From: Candidatus Dormiibacterota bacterium
GTDB taxonomy: Bacteria; Chloroflexota; Dormibacteria; Aeolococcales; Aeolococcaceae
Direction of reading: 5' to 3'
DNA: 64,000 nucleotides
Assembly: GCA_049582105.1 (NCBI GenBank)
Contig: JBAUTG010000066.1
Span: 5,661 to 69,660 of the forward strand
Numbering within the stretch: the first letter of the stretch is position 1; each line of letters opens with the position of its first letter. Of this stretch, positions 63,671-64,000 are shown one piece after another. The notes under the pieces were generated by a model. It saw nothing but the letters and a program-made list of their open reading frames with translations. It made no database searches and was not told where the DNA came from. A program made the position numbers and the translations under genes.

Positions 63671-64000
63671 ATGGAGCAAAGGCTTTCCAGCGACGTCACG
63701 CTGCATGTCGTCGACGAGGGTGACGGTTCACCGATCGTGTTCGTGCACGGCGTGATGATGAGCGGGCGCTTCTTCGAGAAACAGGTGAGCGGACTCCGAG
63801 CGAAGCATCGCGTTGTCGTGCCCGACCTGCGCGGTCATGGCCAGTCGGAAAAGGTGCTGTCGGGTCACACGGTGGGCAACTATGCGCAGGACCTGCAGCT
63901 GCTCTTCGCCGCCCGGTCGATCGCGCGTCCGGTGCTCGTCGGCTGGTCGATGGGTGCAATGGTCGTGTACGAGTACCTGAAGGCGTTCGGGTCGGATTCC
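63671..64000 (+). CDS. alpha/beta hydrolase (5' part; runs off the window)
   Basis: ATG 63671, IVFVHG, then the GWSMG nucleophile elbow. No stop occurs before the window end. Confidence 0.7.
   Translation, partial: MEQRLSSDVTLHVVDEGDGSPIVFVHGVMMSGRFFEKQVSGLRAKHRVVVPDLRGHGQSEKVLSGHTVGNYAQDLQLLFAARSIARPVLVGWSMGAMVVYEYLKAFGSDS

Noticed and set aside
1-64000. Mobile elements, prophage, CRISPR arrays, tRNA/rRNA genes, defence systems
   Set aside because: I recognised no transposase, integrase, recombinase, terminal inverted repeats, regularly spaced repeats or tRNA-like cloverleaf candidates. The UvrD-like helicase has ordinary neighbours and no nuclease or partner genes suggestive of a defence module.

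Overview
High-GC (roughly two-thirds G+C by eye) bacterial chromosomal segment with about 60 tightly packed genes. Many neighbouring genes overlap at their start/stop codons (ATGA/GTGA type). I saw no rRNA, tRNA, CRISPR array, transposase or integrase. Most long ORFs in the track that lie antisense to the genes below are Arg/Pro/Gly-rich shadow frames, typical of high-GC DNA. Several real genes start well inside their listed ORF, and I adjusted those starts using RBS position, overlap with the upstream stop, and family N-termini. All family assignments are by eye from motifs; no search was run.

Gene blocks:
(1) 0.4-28 kb: an amino-acid / cyclic-amide catabolic island. It holds an NCS1 permease, PuuE-type deacetylase, Asp-type racemase, two ornithine-cyclodeaminase-family genes and a SelA/DgaE-like PLP enzyme. 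It also holds two paralogous hydantoinase/dihydropyrimidinase genes, each associated with an L-asparaginase-family gene, plus an isochorismatase-like hydrolase and a split aconitase-X. Further genes are two DAO/DadA-type flavoenzymes, threonine aldolase, DmpA peptidase, a D-Ser-dehydratase-like enzyme, GntR, CoA-transferase III, a thiolase-like/DUF35 pair and an alanine-racemase-like gene.
(2) 28-42 kb: a mixed set. It includes a lipoprotein phosphoesterase, oligopeptidase B, a cupin, and a roughly 1000-aa secreted beta-propeller/IPT protein ending in three copies of an unnamed domain. It also includes a 1-Cys peroxiredoxin, a UvrD-like helicase, DUF1345, DUF4097 and a GH127 gene.
(3) 42-49 kb, minus strand: a LysW-carrier (alpha-aminoadipate) lysine biosynthesis operon, hcs-hacA-hacB-lysW-lysX-lysK-lysY-lysZ. 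The 52-aa lysW is missing from the ORF track.
(4) 49.2-56.5 kb: a nine-gene his operon, hisC-Z-G-D-B-H-A-F-I, divergent from the lys operon.
(5) 56.6-64 kb: a gamma-glutamylation-type amine catabolic operon and a divergent permease/SDR/hydrolase unit.

Most interesting observations:
- A candidate Lys-Lys leader-peptide attenuator and a palindromic operator in the 236-bp lys/his control region.
- The duplicated hydantoinase + asparaginase association, with no carbamoylase gene.
- An SDR whose Rossmann motif lies upstream of any canonical start, implying a CTG start coupled to the upstream stop.
- The repeated C-terminal domain of the secreted protein.
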